DNA of 64,000 nucleotides from Massalongia carnosa (Eukaryota), in contig OZ287073.1 in assembly GCA_965645245.1 (NCBI GenBank), positions 186,001 to 250,000 of the forward strand, given 5' to 3'. How positions within the stretch are numbered: the first letter of the stretch is position 1; each line of letters begins with the position of its first letter. Position numbers and translations under genes: made by a program. The notes under the pieces were generated by a model. The model searched no databases. It was not told where the DNA came from and saw nothing but the letters and a program-made list of their open reading frames with translations. This document shows positions 61,227 to 64,000 of this stretch, in pieces.

Positions 61227-64000
61227 TGTTGGTGTTTGGGCTAGGAGGCCAAACCAGAATGTGTCAGGCAGTTGGTGACTGCCCGTTTGGGCCTAGCGTG
61301 CATTTTGGAGTTTTGGTGAAATCTCTGCAGATAGTAAACAAATGAACCTTCTAAATATTCGTGTCATGCACCAAGGTGATCAAGTCTCGACCCCAATAAG
61401 TTATGAGAACCCGGATGCGCGTACTGCATGACAATAGCATGATTAATTAGACCACGAGTATTCTAATCAGGACTGTTGACCAGCCAATCAGCTTTCCCTG
61501 CGACCACAGTGGTAGTTGACCCGCCAGTCAGCTACTACCCCGACCGACCAGACCCGATCGACCAGACCCGATCGACCAATCGTTTTCTGTGCCGAAGCGA
61601 TGGTATCAGACTCGAAACACGATTATAGCTTTAAAAAGCTGACCGGCTCGACCAACTATAACTAATGGACGCGTGACATGTCCTTTGCTTTGGAGGAGGC
61701 AAACTCTGGGACCATGTCCTAGGAACAGCTATACCACCTCCGGCACTGACAGCCAAAGATGATGATGAGGAAAGAGTGGAAAGAATCTACCAGCGATCCC
61801 TCAAAATCAAAGACTTTTCTGACGACTCCCGCCGAACGGTGGCGAAAATAGGGCGGATGTGCACCGAGACCGTGCAAAAGGAATTCCTGTCCCAAAGAAA
61901 CTTAGCAATATGGACACCGAAAGAGCTGTGGGACCATCTTCGAACCCGCTATACACTACAAAATTGGGCTTCCAAGTGGAACACGCTTGGGAAATTGCAC
62001 TCCATTCATCAAAAGGATTATAAGAACGTTGCAGAATTTATCTCGAAAATTCGCGACATTAGTGCAGAAATTACCGACCTGAATGTTACCATGGACGAAG
62101 CAATTACCATATACGCCCTCAATTCTCTAGACACCCGGTTCAAGTCCTACCTGGCCATCCTTAGCCATGATTCACGGGAGAAAGTGTTAGATGTTAGATG
62201 ATGAGGCCACCATCAATATGGGCATCCATCATGAGCCTCGGGAGGTGCCTGGCAAAGTGCCTAAACAAGCAGATATGGGAGCCAATGTCTGACCGTCAGG
62301 GTGCCTAAACAAGCAGATATGGGAGCCAAGGTCTGACCGTCAGAGTGCCTAAACAAGCAGATATAGGAGCCAAGGTCTGACCGTCAGGGTGCCTAAACAA
62401 GCAGATTATGGGAGCCAAGGTCTGACCGTCAGGGTGCCTAAAGAAGCAGATATGGGGGGACAAGGTCTGACCGTTTAGGCTCCTAGATGTGACTGTTTTG
62501 TGACTGCTGTATAAAGCAGACAAATAGCCCACATAGATAATTACCTTCAATGACAATCATGCTATTATACCTACACGTGAATTTATCATTCATTAGAAAG
62601 AACATCTTCCGATCCTCGAAGTCCTAGCAAAGGCACTAGAAGATGAAGAATTACGACTGGCATATCAGGACAGGCCCACAGTGAACTATTCCAAAAGAGA
62701 GAAGAAGTCTGGAGGGGACTCCGGCAACAAGAAGAAAGCGGGGAAGAATTCCAACTCCTCCACCTCGACCGACAAAGAAACATCCAAGTGCACCAAGTGT
62801 CAGAAGACTCATGAAAAAGGTGAGTGCTGGATGGATAAGATGACGTGTAATGGGTGTGGCAAAATCGGCCATAGCAAGAAGTTCTGTAAAAAGAACAAGA
62901 CCAATCAGGAAAGCGAGGCGACCACCCCCGAGGTAACTACCTCAAGGCTATTTTGCTTTAATACAAAAATCACACCGACCCCGACCAATGAAGTTGAAGA
63001 AAGAAAGGGAATGGGCGCAGTTCATCTGATATGTAAGACAGTAGCAACTGTAGATCCGGTCATAAACAGAGTAATCATAGACTCTGGGGCCACCGACCAT
63101 TTCTTTTCCAATCGAGACTTCTTTTCGACCTACACCGAGTACTATCATGAGTTGCAGACAGGCTCTGGACAAGTCCTTCCAGCCTTCGGGTATGGAGACG
63201 TGGTCCTGAATATGGTACAACAGGACAAAAACATCAATGTCCTTACAGTGAAGAATGTCAGCTGGGCACCAGACCTCGGTCACAATTTTTTGAGCCCTAC
63301 TCCTCTTGCAATCAAAGGAGTTGAGGTGTTTCTGAGAAATATAGGTGTGGCTACACAGATTCTCCATGAAGGCAAAATTCATGGACTGGCTGATGTTATC
63401 GACCGACAGTATGTTCTTCGGATAAAGACCCCGGAGGTGACAATGCATACGAACTTTGCAAACACTACACCAATTGTGAATGCAATCAAACCGACTATTG
63501 AAATCTGGCATCGAAGGATGGGCCACCTCGGCTACCAGAATGTTCTTAGACTTCCACAAATGGCTGAAGGAATTGACGTGAAAGGACCAGTTCCAGAGGA
63601 AATTTGTGGGCCATGTATGAAAGGACGAGAGCAAAGAAAGCCGTCACGGACTTCTATGCCTCGTGCTACAAAATTCCTGGAAGAGGTTCATAGTGATTTA
63701 GGAGGTCCATACCCGGCCTTCCGAAATGGATTGCAATATTACATATCCTTTAAAGATGACGCCACTGGGACATATCATGTTTATCCGATGCAACTGAAGA
63801 GTCAGGCATTTGAGAAGACAAAGGAATATATCGAATGGACATCTCAGGAGACTGGCATGCAGATGGGAGCACTTCATACCGATGGGGGAGGTGAATATAA
63901 AAGTGAAGCCTTCCAGGATTATCTGAAGAAAAATCACATCAAATGGAGACCTAGTGCCCCATACACACCTGAGCAAATGGAAAGGCGGAACGTCTGAATT
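61227..64000 (+). mobile_element. Ty1/copia retrotransposon, 5' LTR (61227-61398) plus gag-protease-integrase, running off the window
   Basis: LTR TGTTGG...CCAATA followed by PBS-like AGTTATGAGAACC; gag from 61600 (KKLTGSTNY); zinc knuckle CNGCGKIGHSKKFC; protease IIDSGATDH; WHRRMGH; EVHSDLGGP, LHTDGGGEY, PYTPEQ; stop/frameshift in gag. Confidence 0.92.
62185..62595 (+). mobile_element. Solo LTR inserted in copia gag, with five 44-bp internal repeats (62257-62478)
   Basis: TSD GAAAG at 62180-62184 and 62596-62600; removal restores HDSREK/EHLPILEVL in frame. Confidence 0.9.

Noticed and set aside
62257..62478. Possible CRISPR or iteron array
   Set aside because: Spacer-less tandem repeat inside a solo LTR bounded by a TSD.
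1..64000. tRNA, rRNA (including a 5S Starship target) or telomeric repeats
   Set aside because: None recognised by eye; a covariance-model search would be needed to exclude them.

Overview
This is eukaryotic DNA, most likely from a filamentous ascomycete (short GT-AG introns with CTAAC-like branch sites, fungal gene and TE families). It is a repeat-dense accessory region with one 200-N assembly gap. Only three genes look intact: a patatin-NB-ARC-TPR NLR (34010-39347, 22 near-identical 126-bp repeats), a NACHT-ankyrin NLR (54140-59978, 26 near-identical 99-bp repeats) and a PD-(D/E)xK-like DUF7924-type gene (23657-25782). Around them are decayed immunity/effector-type genes (HeLo-kinase, kinase-SEL1-ankyrin, ankyrin-deaminase, TPR and NFX1-like remnants) and many transposons: two copia elements, several solo LTRs with exact TSDs, piggyBac, MULE, pogo, Tc1 and a CryptonF-type tyrosine recombinase. 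A degraded DUF3435 tyrosine recombinase (Starship captain family) at about 40.3-42.5 kb on the minus strand suggests the left ~42 kb may be cargo of a decaying Starship. Several events can be rebuilt base by base: two cases of a DNA transposon nested in a solo LTR, an inverted gene duplication, and a ~1-kb inversion that breaks two divergent genes at once. Family names come from motif recognition by eye, not database searches.
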